DNA of 64,000 bases from Anolis carolinensis. Its lineage: Eukaryota. Where the stretch lies: the NCBI RefSeq assembly GCF_035594765.1, contig NC_085843.1, positions 67,316,201 to 67,380,200 of the forward strand. The letters are read 5' to 3'. Both the position numbers and the translations under genes were made by a program. This document shows, one piece after another, positions 11,910-24,953 of this stretch (position 1 is its first letter; each line of letters begins with the position of its first letter). The notes beneath the pieces were generated by a model that saw nothing but the letters and a program-made list of their open reading frames with translations, searched no databases and was not told where the DNA came from.

Positions 11910-12760
11910 TGGAGCCTGCCGGATGTCGCTGGGGAGGGAGTTTCACAGCCGAGGAGCCACCACTGAGAAGGCCCTGTCTCTCGTCCGCACCAGCTGCACT
12001 TGTGAGGCGGGTGGGATCGAGAGCAGGGCCTCCCCAGATGATCTTAAAGTTCCCGTAGGCCAACCTCTGCATAAGATGTAGAACACAATAATATGACATG
12101 TGACAGGACAGAAGATTTTTAGATCTGGATGCCTCCGCACTGAAGCCTTGTGAGTGGGTGAATTGTTTGCATTGGTCAAAGGAGTTATGTCTCAAGCAGA
12201 GCTCTGGCTCTCAGTGATTTAACTGATTTAAGAATTGGTGTCCAAAGGAAGATCAAAATGTGATGTAGATAAAATTATTTTAGGTTAGTGCTCTGATCCA
12301 ACTTTATACAACGCAATTTGTGCCTTGCAATGCTACACACTTCAGAAAATTTGGAACAGGTTGTTTTTTTTTTTTGTTACACTGACTTGGATTATACCAG
12401 ATTTTTCATCCCTAATGTTTAAACTCAGTTGATACTCAAATGGAGGTATTGTTTTTGCCACTTCCAATGTCTTGCAGAGCTTACAGAGAATTTAATTTGG
12501 CATCCAGGGAGATCTTACTTAGCTGATGGCAAACTTAACAGACATCAAAGGAGCCAATCTTTTACTTTAAAATAGAAATAGTCAATCATTAAGATTGATC
12601 CAAGTTATTTAGATTGTATCAGATGGTTTGTAATTGAAACAAACTTGAAGCAGCTTTGGAAAATCTAACAAGGTACATTACAATGTCTGCTATCAATCAT
12701 AATAATCTAGCAGATACATTTTTTTTTTGCTGTGTCAAGTTCCCAAAGACTTTTTTTTAC

Positions 12761-13605
12761 CTCCTTCTCTGGAGGTTAGTAAACAGAGATAAAAGAAAAC
12801 TACTACAAGATAGTATGGAAATGGTATTTGACCCCAATAAAGATACATAATATGGATAAGAGTTTTTCGGAAAAATGTTGGAGGGTTGTCAAGAAAGGGG
12901 GACATATATTCATATATGGTGGGAATGTAAGTATGTACAGAGTTTTTGGGGAAAGGTCATAGTAGAAATAGAGAGTATCATGAAGAAAAAATTAATACAA
13001 ACCCAGCGACTATACTATTATCTATTTGTAATACAGATGAATGGAAAGAAAATGAAAAGAATTTGGTAACAATGTTGCTAACGGTTGCAAGGTTATTAAT
13101 AGCAAGAAATTGGAAAAGGGAGGTGGAAATTAAAATAGAAGATTGGTACAAGGAAATTTGGAAATTAGCAATAAATGATAAATTAACATGCAATTTAAAT
13201 GTCAAAAAAGGCGTAAGAAAGAAAAATGATTTTGAAAGTATATGGAAGAAATTTATTGAAGAAACATTAAGGAGAGAAGATGGGAATAGACCCCCACCAG
13301 AAGAAATGAGGTTCTGGTTGGACTATAAAGAAATGGACTCCGGTGATGGGGAGCAGAACGGGTAGAACACTGGGGGAAGGAAAAGACTTGAATTGTAAAG
13401 AATTTTCTTTTCTTTGTAACAAAATTAATAGTAATGTAATAAAAAATATTTTTTAAAAAGTAAACAGAGATTGGATGGAGAGCCATCTCTTGGGGTTTCT
13501 CTCATTCTTGCCATTAAAACCTTCGACAATACTTTGCTCTAATTGTTTGCATGACAGGGTTTTGGACTGGATGACCCTTGTGGTCTCTTTCAAGTCTATG
13601 ATTCT
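12761..13605 (+). mobile_element. CR1 3' end remnant split by an L1 insertion
   Basis: ctccttctctggagg..aaacagag..tggatgg..ccatct, then ggactggatgacccttgtggtctctttcaagtctatgattct. Confidence 0.7.
12791..13458 (+). mobile_element. L1 3' end, 5'-truncated insertion
   Basis: Zinc-knuckle region GCQERGTYIHIWWECKYVQSFW and LLTVARLLIARNWK; A-rich end; 13-bp TSD AGTAAACAGAGAT (12778-12790, 13459-13471). Confidence 0.9.
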
Positions 13606-14272
13606 GTCATGCTAGGTTTACCTTAGAGTAACCAAAAATTGAAGTCAATTTGAATGACAATAATAAAATTGGAAAGAAACAGGAACAAAAATTGTGTCTT
13701 TCCAGTATTTTTAGTTAATCTCTTATCTATATATATAAAAGGGTGATGGAATCGCGGCACTGAGCAAAACAACAAAAGTAAAGGCCCCCCAACCTTGAAA
13801 TTTGACAACACAACCCATCATCCACGCCTTAAGGTTGAAACAACAAAAAATCACGTCACACACCTCCACATGAACAGAACCCACAACACACCATCGGGAG
13901 CCATGCCGGGAGGGAAAGAGAAAGCATAATGGCCGCCGGCAAGAGGGAAGGCAGGCAATGGGAAAAAGCTGTCCCCTGGGTCCTAGCGCTCGCCCATCAT
14001 CAGAATTATTTATCTCCACTATCCCTTATCCAACCTTCTACAATATCCAACCCATTTTAATAATATTTTAAATATATGCTATGAACCATGACAATCAACA
14101 CAATCTGACTCCTAATATTTTAACAAGCTTAAAATCACAACACCAAATGAAAAACAACACTCTTAAAACACAGGAATACCAGACATTAAACAATCAGGGC
14201 CAGCTAACACCTCCCATGATCTGCCATGCAGGACACAATCCGAGCACTCCCAACAGATAGCCACCCAGCCTC

Positions 14273-14273
<1 letters not shown>

Positions 14274-14322
<49 letters not shown>
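14274..14322. repeat. (AAT)n microsatellite
   Basis: Direct observation. Confidence 0.95.
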
Positions 14323-14326
<4 letters not shown>

Positions 14327-14694
14327 TGTGGACTAAAGTCAAAACATATCAAGTAGTCTCCACTATTTAAACAATTTCTGAAGACTCCAATTGGATTTGG
14401 CAACCCTTACAGTTTCCTTTAAACATTACAGTCTGGAAGATACTACTGTAAATTACAACAGTTGACTGTACTTATTATTTTCATTATTGTTGTTAACTCT
14501 CAGGTAATAATGTTTGCACATGATGCTCTAAATAACATAGTGCATTTTATGTTTTGAATCTTCATACTATTTACTTATCTTTTTCACATAGAAAGAAGAT
14601 AGCTCTACACTCAGAGAGGCCTGACTATTTCTGTGGCCCTTACATGTCACATCTCTTTTTCTGTTTTGAACCTTTAGAGTGTTTGCTTATCTCT

Positions 14695-15145
14695 TCGACA
14701 AACTCCTGACAGATGGCCAGCCAATATCTCCACAATCTCCACCATAAAAATAATAATAGTATCCTACAGTCACAGAGATAGGAGAGACCCCTAAAGGCCA
14801 TCCAGTCCAACCCCTTCCTGCCATGGAGAACACAATCCAAACACTCCTGACAGATGGCCAGCCAATATCTCCACAATCTCCACCATAAAAATAATAATAA
14901 AATCCTACAGTCACAGAGATAGGAGAGACTCCTAAAGGCCATCCAGTCCAACCTCTTCCTGCCATGGAGAACACAATCCAAACATTCCCAACAGATGGCC
15001 ATACAGCCTCTTGATAATAATAATGCTAATAACAATATCACGGAATCCTCATGTTTGCAGACAGCCCTAAGAATCATCCAGTACAACCTCCTTCTACCAT
15101 GCAAGACCACACAATCCAAACACTCCTGACAGATGGCCATCCACC
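14695..15145. repeat. Tandem ~140-bp repeats built on a CR1 3'-end fragment inside Helitron 1
   Basis: Recurrent aaggccatccagtccaacc...acacaatccaaacactcctgacagatggcc, similar to the CR1 end at 38870-39004. Confidence 0.75.
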
Positions 15146-15526
15146 CACTATATAATAATAATGATGATAATAAAGATAATAATCATGATGATAACAGCAA
15201 CAATGATAATAATAATAATAATCATACAACTATACCATCCAATAATTTAGAGACACCCCTAACGGCCATCCACCCCAACCCTTTCTACTATGCACCAAGA
15301 CACAATCTAACCATTCACAACACTTGGACAATGTATGCATACTATACAATACTACACAGCGACAAAGACCCCCTCTACTCTCACCACTTTCACATTACAC
15401 AAACAACCAAATACATACTAAACATAAAGACAACCATACAACAGACATTCAATACCATCACTAGCTCAAATTTCTCACCAACACCACCAGACAACGCCAC
15501 AGCAACGTGTGGCCGGGCACAGCTAG

Positions 15527-17804
15527 TCTATATATATATTAAAGGATAAAGTTGTTTGCAGAGTGACTATAACAACAAAACTAAACGCCCCAGTAATACA
15601 AAACTTGGCAACACAATGCCAAAGCCTTCCCTCCCAGTTGTAACAACACAACCACACCACAAAACCACAATCCAGACCCACAAAACTCACAACAACGCAT
15701 CGTGACTATAACAACACAACTAAACGCCCCAGAAATACAAAACTTGACAACACAACACAAAAGCCTTGCCTCCCAGTTGTAACAACACAACCACACCACA
15801 AAACCACAATCCGGACCCACAAAACTCACAACAACACATCATGACTATAACAACACAACTAAATGCCCCAGAAATATTAAACTTGGCACACAACTAAATG
15901 CTCCAGAAATACAAAACTTGACAACACAACGCAAAAGCCTTGCCTCCCCGTTGTAACAACACAACCACACCACAAAACCACAATCTGGACCCACAAAACT
16001 CACAACAACGCATCGTGACTATAACAACACAACTAAATGCCCCAGAAATATGAAACTTGCCAACACAACGCAAAAGCCTTCCCTCCCAGTTGTAACAACA
16101 CAACCACACCACAAAACCACAATCCAGACCCACAAAACTCACAACAACGCATCGTGACTATAACAACACAACTAAACGCCCCAGAAATACAAAACTTGAC
16201 AACACAACACAAAAGCCTTGCCTCCCAGTTGTAACAACACAACCACACCACAAAACCACAATCCGGACCCACAAAACTCACAACAACACATCATGACTAT
16301 AACAACACAACTAAATGCCCCAGAAATATTAAACTTGGCACACAACTAAATGCTCCAGAAATACAAAACTTGACAACACAACGCAAAAGCCTTGCCTCCC
16401 CGTTGTAACAATACAACCACACCACAAAACCACAATCTGGACCCACAAAACTCACAACAACGCATCGTGACTATAACAACACAACTAAATGCCCCAGAAA
16501 TATGAAACTTGCCAACACAACGCAAAAGCCTTGCCTACCGGTTGTAACAACACAACCACACCACAAAACCACAATCTGGACCCACAAAACTCACAACAAC
16601 GCATCGTGACTATAACAACACAACTAAATGCCCCAGAAATATGAAACTTGCCAACACAACGCAAAAGCCTTGCCTACCGGTTGTAACAACACAACCACAC
16701 CACAAAACCACAATCCTGACCCACAAAACTCACAACAACGCATCGTGACTATAACAGCACAACTAAACTGTATGGCCATCTGTCTGAGGGGTTTGGGTGG
16801 GGTCTTCCTCCATGACAAAAAGAAAGAAAGGGGTTGGGCTTGATGAAAACTACAAATCCCAGCACCCCATGGCATGGAGTCCATGCATTTCAATTAGAGG
16901 CCTCTTCCTTCTCCCTTTCCCCGCCATCCAACCCACTGACCCAGTTCCATGGCTCCGCAGGCAGGAAAGGCTGGGACGGATAGAACGAAGGAAGGAGGGA
17001 AGGGAAGCGAAGGAACGCCAAGGACAAGAGCCCTCCCTCTCTGCCTGGAAGGCCAAGAGCAAAAGGGAGAGAAAGACCATTGATCCAGTTATATTTACCC
17101 TCCTTTCTGACCAGTGTGTTCTTATCAGCGAGCTCAGGATTGGAGCAGAGAAAGGAATAGCATAGGAATAAAGGAAACAAGGAGAGCACCCACTCTATCT
17201 ATCCATCTACTCATCTATCCATCCACTCACCCACTAATAATAAACACCTACACAGGCAAGATTCATCCATGCTCTGAGTCTGCAAGGCCATTCAGTGCTC
17301 ATCCACCTCCCAATCCCTACATTCACACTTGGCCTCCAAAAAAAACAATGACAATAATAACAATGACAACAACAACAATAAGAATCAACACCATCACAGG
17401 CAAGAAGCAGCCAGGCACTGAGGCTGAGAGGCCAGTCAGTGCTACACTGGGCCTCCAAAAAAAATACAGTAGCATCTACCTTATCCAACCTTCATGACCA
17501 CAACAACAACAACAATAATAAACACCTACACAGGCAAAACAAAAAAAAAAGACTATTGTACCACAATAAAAAATATAAACCGCACTCAGCAGAATCAGAC
17601 ATCACGATTAACAACAAACCAAAGACAATAGGGATCTCAAGCAATTATCAATCACCACAAAAATTGAAGAAGGTAACAGACTTCAAATACTACTACTAAT
17701 GTGAGTAAAAAGAAGGGTGGAGGTGACAGCATAAATACAACCCAATGTAGACTGACCAACACCACCAGACTAAGCCACAGCAACACGTGGCCGGGCACAG
17801 CTAG
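15527..17804 (+). mobile_element. Non-autonomous Helitron 2, directly abutting Helitron 1
   Basis: TCTATATATAT start immediately after the CTAG of Helitron 1; ends GCCACAGCAACACGTGGC..CTAG|T; 17545-17804 is homologous to the 3' end of Helitron 3. Confidence 0.9.
15563..16768. repeat. 139-bp minisatellite with 452-bp higher-order structure
   Basis: Unit starts at 15563, 15702, 15841, 16015, 16154, 16293, 16467, 16606 and 16745. Confidence 0.95.
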
Positions 17805-18628
17805 TATGTAATAATTTTTGTGCTGAACTAAAACTACAGTGGGATGGAGTATAAGGCAATGAGATGTAGCATTCCTTATATTTATATTGTTGCTATTGTT
17901 AATGGCTATCATAGATTCCTCATCCCTGCATGACAAAGAAAAACACCACAGTTGTTGTTTGTTAGCAACAATAATGGCAAAAATTGGTGAGTTTTCAAAA
18001 AGAAAATTGAGAAAAATGTACAAAACCTCTCACAATCTTATCCAGTCAGAACTAAACTTACCTTTCTCTTATATTCATGTTGAGGAAAAAACTTAGGGAA
18101 TATTTCCATCCCTTGTAGGAAATGTTTCACATATATAATTGTCTGCTGAGAGCATAAATTGGATGATTGAGGGGAATAAAGAGGCTCTTTCACTCTGGAC
18201 CACATACCAATAAATCTGAAATATTGTTATAAAAAAAGCATGATTCCCTCATTTAATATTGTATCACATATTTCAGTAACTTCAAAAATATGACTCTCAA
18301 TTCTTGCTTCTCCTTCTCTCTCCACAAGTTTGATCTATTAGATTCCTATTCTTGTAAACACTGAAACAGACAAGTTCAAATTCCTCCCAGCTAAACATCT
18401 GCTCCAAGGTTGAGGTCACTGACTGCTGTATGCCCTAATCAGGAAAGACACTCCAGACCATAAGATGCAAGGGATGGAAAACTTAGGGTGCTTCAAACAT
18501 ACAGCAAGGCCACATTCAATCTGTAGGTTAAATAAAAAAGGAACAAAAACAAAGTTTGGCTATGAAATGTGCTAAACAAATAAATAAAACAGAGTGACTA
18601 GGTGCCATGCTCAAGATTTTAGGAAGAA

Positions 18629-18906
18629 CAGGGCCGTAGCCAGAAAAAAATTTCGGGAGGGGTTTTGAATTTTTTTGGAGGGGTGGATTGAACCCCTAGC
18701 ACACACCTCTCCCCACTACAAACCTGTCAATATCTTCTTGAAATAGTGCCTGGAGGGACTCTTAATGTTTTGCATCTCATAGACTTAGCATGGGGATTTG
18801 GTTAACCAGTTAAAATTCATGAGTAAACCAGGTTTTTTTTTTATAACCTGCAAAAAATTTGGGGGGGGGGGTTAACCCCTAAAACCGCCACCTCGCTACA
18901 GGCCTG
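18629..18906. mobile_element. hAT-type MITE
   Basis: Imperfect TIRs CAGGGCCGTAGC / GCTACAGGCCTG; perfect 8-bp TSD AGGAAGAA. Confidence 0.9.
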
Positions 18907-21900
18907 AGGAAGAACCTTTCTAGTGCATCTAATGATACTTTGAAAGCACTTTTTCATAATATAGACTTGGAGATTGCCTCTTTGGACTACATTATGTAGT
19001 CTCTCCCCCCCCCCCCAAAAAAAAATAAAGAAAAAAATCAAATATTATTGAATGAATGTTAATCTTTGTTCATTAAAACAACATACCTTTTCAAAGCATT
19101 AGGATGCATTTGGCTACACTCCCAGTGAGGAACTCAGGAAGTATCATATAACAGGGCCCTATTCACTCTATACAATTGTAGTGCTCTTATTCCACTGCAA
19201 CTGCCATCGCTCCATCCTGTGAGATCCTGAGGTTTGAAGTTTTGGAAGGCACAAGAGCAATCTGGCAAATAATTCTAATATTCCTTCCAGTGCATGATTA
19301 CACAGTACACAATAGTGGCATTAAAAATGGAATCATAACGCTATGATTATGCAGTGTGAATGAGTCCCAAGCCCCAATGTTTTGTTCATCTAGGCCCTTG
19401 TGACCTTCATAGGACCTCAATAGATAGCTGCTAGGCTCCGTTTCCATGTGCTTAGGAAACGGAACCCCATGGGAATCCCATGGAGGCCATCACATAACAT
19501 CACATAAGGGCACTTCCGGTGGGGCTCTATGAGGCTCTGTTTCCTAAGTGCAGTCCCTGCTCTGTCTGATGAACTCAGTCTGCAGGAATTCTCTCAAGTT
19601 GAGGTCTTTCCCATTCGGCAGGGGGAAATACATCAGTTTCAAATTTTCTATACCACTTTTCCATGTCAATATGAAAAATACAGTTATTCCTAGCACTGAA
19701 AGAACAATGCTGTAACTACTTCTGATATTTGTATTACAGATAAGAAGTCTCTCTGGAAAAACAAGAGAGAACAGGCACACAATTCAATATTAATACTGCT
19801 GAATACACAGTGATTTAACCCTAGACTGTTAAGCTTTAAGAACTCAAATCATTGTGCCTCCATGGATCTAATTTGAAACAAATCTATTTTATTTCTCTTG
19901 TGTTTGTTAAAAACAGACAAACTGGAAGCTCCTATCTCAAGAATTTGGTGAGATTTGATAAGTACTTTCCAGAAACATTCCTTGACCCTCATGTTTCCAT
20001 AGCATTACACCATGACCATTAAAGTAGTATTGAACTGCATTAATTCCCTGCATTGTAGACATTCCCTGAAATGCAAATTCATTCATTCAAAGTTTCTGTT
20101 GTCTCAAGGCTTATGGCAATGAAATATATACCATGCAAATCTCTATGAGTGCCAGTCATAAAATGTGGTACTTCACATTTGTTTGATAAGTCTCAGGGCA
20201 CAACAGGAAGCACACATCAGACTACTGTCTAACATTGAAAGTGAGTGGAATCAATGTGAGTAAGCACATCTAACCCTACAGTGAATTAGAGTCATTTTTC
20301 TTTGTTTCTTTCTTACTGGTAAAGTCTTTTAGTAGTAGAAGTAGTGATGCACTTCAACAATTCAAAGAGTCATTTTCTTTCTCTCCTTTTCTACTCAAGA
20401 AACTGTTAAGAAATCTAATAGCTTGTTGAGGCTATGAGAAGAAAGAATACACCACAGGAGGTAGTCCTAGGCTTCTTCCATTAGGTCAGTTATATAGCCT
20501 ACTCCTGGAGAAAGACACAGCTGCCCCATGGAGCCACTGCTGAGTGCACCATGACACTTCCTTGATTGACAGCAGGGAAGGAAATAGATTGAAGTGCAAA
20601 GCAGAAAGGAAATCTGTAGTGTTGAAATCTTTACTCTATTTCCACTAGGAGTACGTTATTCTTTCATATCTTAGTATTATTATTCCTGTTGTTACAGTTA
20701 TTATTTGTACCCCAACTTTTCCCCAGATAGAGTCTTAGAGTAACTTAGAGTTAAAAATTGCAGAAGCTAAAACACAATAAATCAATTTTTATATAAAAAT
20801 CCAGTTTAAAATAGACCATCTCAAATATGTCAGTGTCACTAGCTCCTACAATGATCTTTTCACATTTTTTCCCTAGCTTGTCTATAAAACAGTTGGCACA
20901 CATACAACTAGTAAAAGGCTGAGGAAGTGCCTGTCTGACCCATCCCAGAGTGATCTGTGGCAGATTAGCTCCAGTTTATTAGGACAGTGTGTTTATGATT
21001 TTTTTAAATACTAGAAATGCAGAAAGGAATTTGTGCATTGAATATATTTTTAAATTTAATGTTTGCTTAACTTCATGACACTTTCCAGCTAACTTTGTAA
21101 ATATGAAAAGTTCAGTCTCAGTGGAAATATGGATTAATTTGGTTCTTTCCAATTTTCCAGTAAATATAAAGTTAGGTTCTAAAAGCATTTTAAAATATTA
21201 ATACTGCTGAAATGATCACAAACACCACAAGTTTGAAATCTTGTTTATGAATGACAAAAATAAGGTGACATTGTTAAATAATTGATAGTGACTTTGAAGA
21301 AATGGGAAGTGATGTGTTGGGTAGGCAGTGTTAAATATGGTGGCTAATTAGAGAGACAGCTTTCAACATAAACATTTTAGTGTGTTGAGAACCGGGAAAA
21401 AGGAAATGCAGAAGGATGTGGTTTGCAAGGTATTTTCAGAGCGGTGAATGATTTCAGCAGCAATCATGTTGTGACCACAATGATGGCATGTGATCATTTT
21501 GTTTCATATAAGAAGAATTTTTTAAAAAATTCACAAAATTATGGAGAAAATTAGAATGTACAGCAGGACAAATCCAAATCTAAACTGGTTTTATGGGCCT
21601 GTTGTTGTAGGCTAGTGGCCCATAATGCTTCTATATGACTCTGCTATTCCTGTGATGAAATTTAAGTGCATGGCATAATTTAAATGGAAATGTTTGTAAT
21701 CCCAACTGATAGTTTCAATTTCGATATATTGCTATTGCCAAAATTGAATAGATACAGAGATTAATTTTTGAAAATCTGCTCCTGTGATTATTGGAATACC
21801 CACAACACATTTTAACTTCTATATTTCAGCAGTCCCTATGTCTCCATGGGATCCAAATCTGCAATTTTCACTGACCACAGACTGTCATCTCTTATGCATA

Positions 21901-23880
21901 TGAAATGCAGACATCTGTGTACATATTGTTTCTTTTATTAATGGAACACTATCAAAAGTCTGTTTTGGCATCTATGGAGGGTTCTGGAACTGATCCCCTG
22001 TGGATTTGGCGGGCCCTCAGCATTTCATTTGGGGCTTATCTACACAGTCCTAAAACTGGGTCTAGAAAAATGGATTAGCTTGTGGCATCCAGATGATATT
22101 TCAGGCTAATCCATTTCAAACTGAAGTAAACTGAATTTACTCAGTTTCATCCAGGTTTTTTTTTTTTAAAAAAAAGGTCTGGATCTTTGGAGGTATGTGT
22201 AATTGATAGTTATAAACTTTAAGAATATTATCAGGATTGCCATGGAAACACGGCAAATATGGGAGAAGTAGTGTCAACAGTATCTAAGAGAAATTGTCTA
22301 GTTTTTAATTGTTATTTCAACAATGGAAGTCCTCCCAGTAATCAGATATTATTCTATATATGTATTAATTCTGGCATGTGTTTATATCATACAGATGACC
22401 ATGTTCAGAATGAATTGGGGCCAGGTGCACTACTTCCATTTATCTTGTTTTTGTACATAAATTATAAAATATACTTCAGAAGCAATATTTGGAAGCTGTG
22501 CCATGCTAAACTTAAGGGCAATTAAAGGTCTGCCTCCATAAATATCTTTCATAGAAAATGCACATTAAAAGCTTGATGGAACCAAAATTCTATGAGAGAT
22601 CTTGAGATAATTTAGATTAGTGTTGTTTCTTTCCATTCACCTGTTTTATTTTGGATTCTTTAACAGACTTGGGATATACCTTGGGCTACATTTAAATTAA
22701 AGACATGTATTTGGAGCTTCAGCAGCTTTAACAGTGAGTGAATTTAAGAAATGCCATTTCTGATGTATTGTTGAATTTAGAGGAGTATACTCTGTTGTGC
22801 ACAGTCCTTCTCTCAAGGTTGTCATTGTGTAAATTTATTTCTGCTTTGTGTGGGCTCATCCATTGAACTGAACTGACAGTTTATTTATTTATTTTACTGA
22901 ACTTTACTGAGTACAGCTCAGGGCAATGTGTTTTGCTTAACATTGAGTAGTGCTATAGGTGTCCTGTTTTTATTGTGGTTAGCAAGGTAGAAAAGCAATA
23001 AACCTCTCAAACCTTGATATGAAATCAGACCCTTCAGGATATAATCAAGTGTATAATGTCAGTTTCCTCCTCCTAAATGGCCTATGTTATATATTTAAAA
23101 TATTGTTAAAGGTTTCTTGTCCTTCTTATGTCCTTATTCTAAACATATTTAAGTAGATGTTCATTTCATTAAGATATCGCCACAACATACTTGCTAGTAA
23201 ATGTATTCAGAAGTAAACCCCACTGATTTTAATGGGGCTTTATCCCAAATAACTGTAGAAAGAATAACGATCTTAAGATAATTTTTTCTTTTCCATAGAG
23301 AAATAATGGCAGAGCTAGAGCATATTTTCAACTTTTATCTGAAAAGTTGTGTGTCTTCAGATTGTTTCCAATTTACATCCACCAAATAAGTCTTCCAAAG
23401 GGACCTAAAATGTGGGCCCAATTTGATGTCCTGGATGCTGGATCAGGCCTACATGATGAGCCTGATCCAGCATCCAGGAGTTGGCAGGGAGTTCCCACTG
23501 CCTAGCATGCTGCTTGTGTTATAGCTGTCCGCCCCTGTGTCATGGCTGTTTCTTAGGTGGACTGGTTGACATCAGCCATTGTGCTGCTTGCTAAAGTAAC
23601 TGCTGGAGGGAAGGAAAGCCCCTCTTCCCCATCATCCTTAGTGAGACCATGATCTGGCTGAGGGCAACCACAACATCCAGGAGAAGGTAGATGGGTGTGC
23701 CATGATTGGGAACAGTCATGATATGGATCGAGGGGGTGGGATGAGTGTCAAGACAGCTGTGGACAGTTTCAGTTAAGAATCAACCCATCTGTCTTGACAC
23801 TCCTAACCTGGGAAAACCCTGAATCCTGCCTCAGGATTAAGGTTTTTTTCTCAAGTCATGTTAAGGTGATCTTCCCCCGG

Positions 23881-24844
23881 TGTCAAGACCCAGGCTGCAG
23901 AGCACCAATAACCATACACAGAGGCCAGAATCTATCTAATATCTTTATTGAAGGAGTATATAAAGTTAATAAAAACAAGTGTAGAAAATAGTCCAGAATT
24001 AGACCTTTCAGGAAAGGTCAAAATTAGTCCAAAGAAACAATGTCCAATATGAAATATTAAGGTCCAAAGTTGTAATCCAATAACCGAAACACTCACTTTG
24101 CCAGGCAAAGTGAGGGGAGATGACAAGGTCCTTTAGTCCATGAACTTGAGCGAGGCTATGGAGTAACTTGAAACAAGGCTTGGTACAAGGCAGCAAAGGA
24201 ACGAGAAGCAAGGACAAGATCAGTGGAATTACTTGGCAAAATCCGGGAAACAAGGCAAGGCTGAGTCCTGGAAAAACAAGGCTAAGTCCTAGGAAACAAG
24301 GCAAGATCCGTGGAGGTAAACAAGGCTGAAAACGGGAACGAAGGCTTGGAAACAGGAACGAAGGCTTGGAAACAGGAGCGCGCTGTCCACACACAACTTA
24401 CTCCCGTAGCTGACGAATTGACTCCGCAAGAACCCTTTGTGGGCAAAACACCTAAATAGGGTCTAGTTTTCCCACCAAAGAGCAGTTCTCTGGGGAACCA
24501 GAAACGAAAGCTAATCTCTGAGTCCAGATGCATGACTCCTTAAAGTTTCCCATGGAAAGCAGGCTTAATCAGCTGAATACTTAGCAGCTATCCTAGCACT
24601 CCTGCGAGACGCTGCTTGAACTCCCCTCTGTTGTTTACAAAACTCGTGGCGAGAAAACACAGGAGATTTAGGCTCAGGGCTTGTTTGACAGACTTCTGGA
24701 AGACAAATCTCTTGCAGGTGCAAGGTTCCCAAATCTGGCTGGGAAAGTTCCAAATCTGACTGAGACGGTGAAAAACCCAAGTTTTCCTCTTCATCTGGCA
24801 CTACAGTGCCAGGAATGGGACTACATGGCCCATGACTCATCACA
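23881..24844 (-). mobile_element. Solo LTR, family B (probably Gypsy-type)
   Basis: TG...CA termini; 5-bp TSD CCCGG (23876-23880, 24845-24849); minus-strand AATAAA near 23945; internal short tandem repeats. Confidence 0.9.
24565..24843 (-). CDS. LTR(U3)-encoded 92-codon frame (EEENLGF ... RRSARIA), possibly the pol/integrase tail
   Basis: Open from LTR base 2; same length as, and gaplessly alignable with, 35303-35581. Expression from this solo LTR is not shown. Confidence 0.6.
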   Translation of the reverse strand: MMSHGPCSPIPGTVVPDEEENLGFSPSQSDLELSQPDLGTLHLQEICLPEVCQTSPEPKSPVFSRHEFCKQQRGVQAASRRSARIAAKYSAD

Positions 24845-24953
24845 CCCGGGTAAACCTAGGTCAGCCCCTTTCGGTCACCAAAAAAAGGATGACTAATCTA
24901 AGGTCATCCAGAGGGTTTCCTTTAACTGAGAAGAGATTTGAACCCTTATCCCT

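Larger units (their letters stand above)
10847..12060 (-). mobile_element. L2 3' end hosting two nested SINEs
   Basis: Minus-strand LRSSGEALLSIPPASQVQLVRTRDRAFSVVAPRL resembles the end of L2 ORF2 at 2440-2550; L2-type tail at 10850-10900. Confidence 0.75.
13726..15526 (+). mobile_element. Non-autonomous Helitron 1
   Basis: 5' A|TCTATATATATAAAA; 3' GCCACAGCAACGTGTGGC hairpin followed by CTAG; no TSD. Confidence 0.9.

Noticed and set aside
15133-15549. Asn/Thr-rich 138-aa ORF
   Set aside because: Low-complexity A/C-rich Helitron strand.
15563-16768. Regular repeat array as CRISPR-like, and its Cys-rich 82-aa ORFs as genes
   Set aside because: Units are contiguous with no unique spacers, lie inside a Helitron in eukaryotic DNA, and the ORFs simply repeat with the unit.
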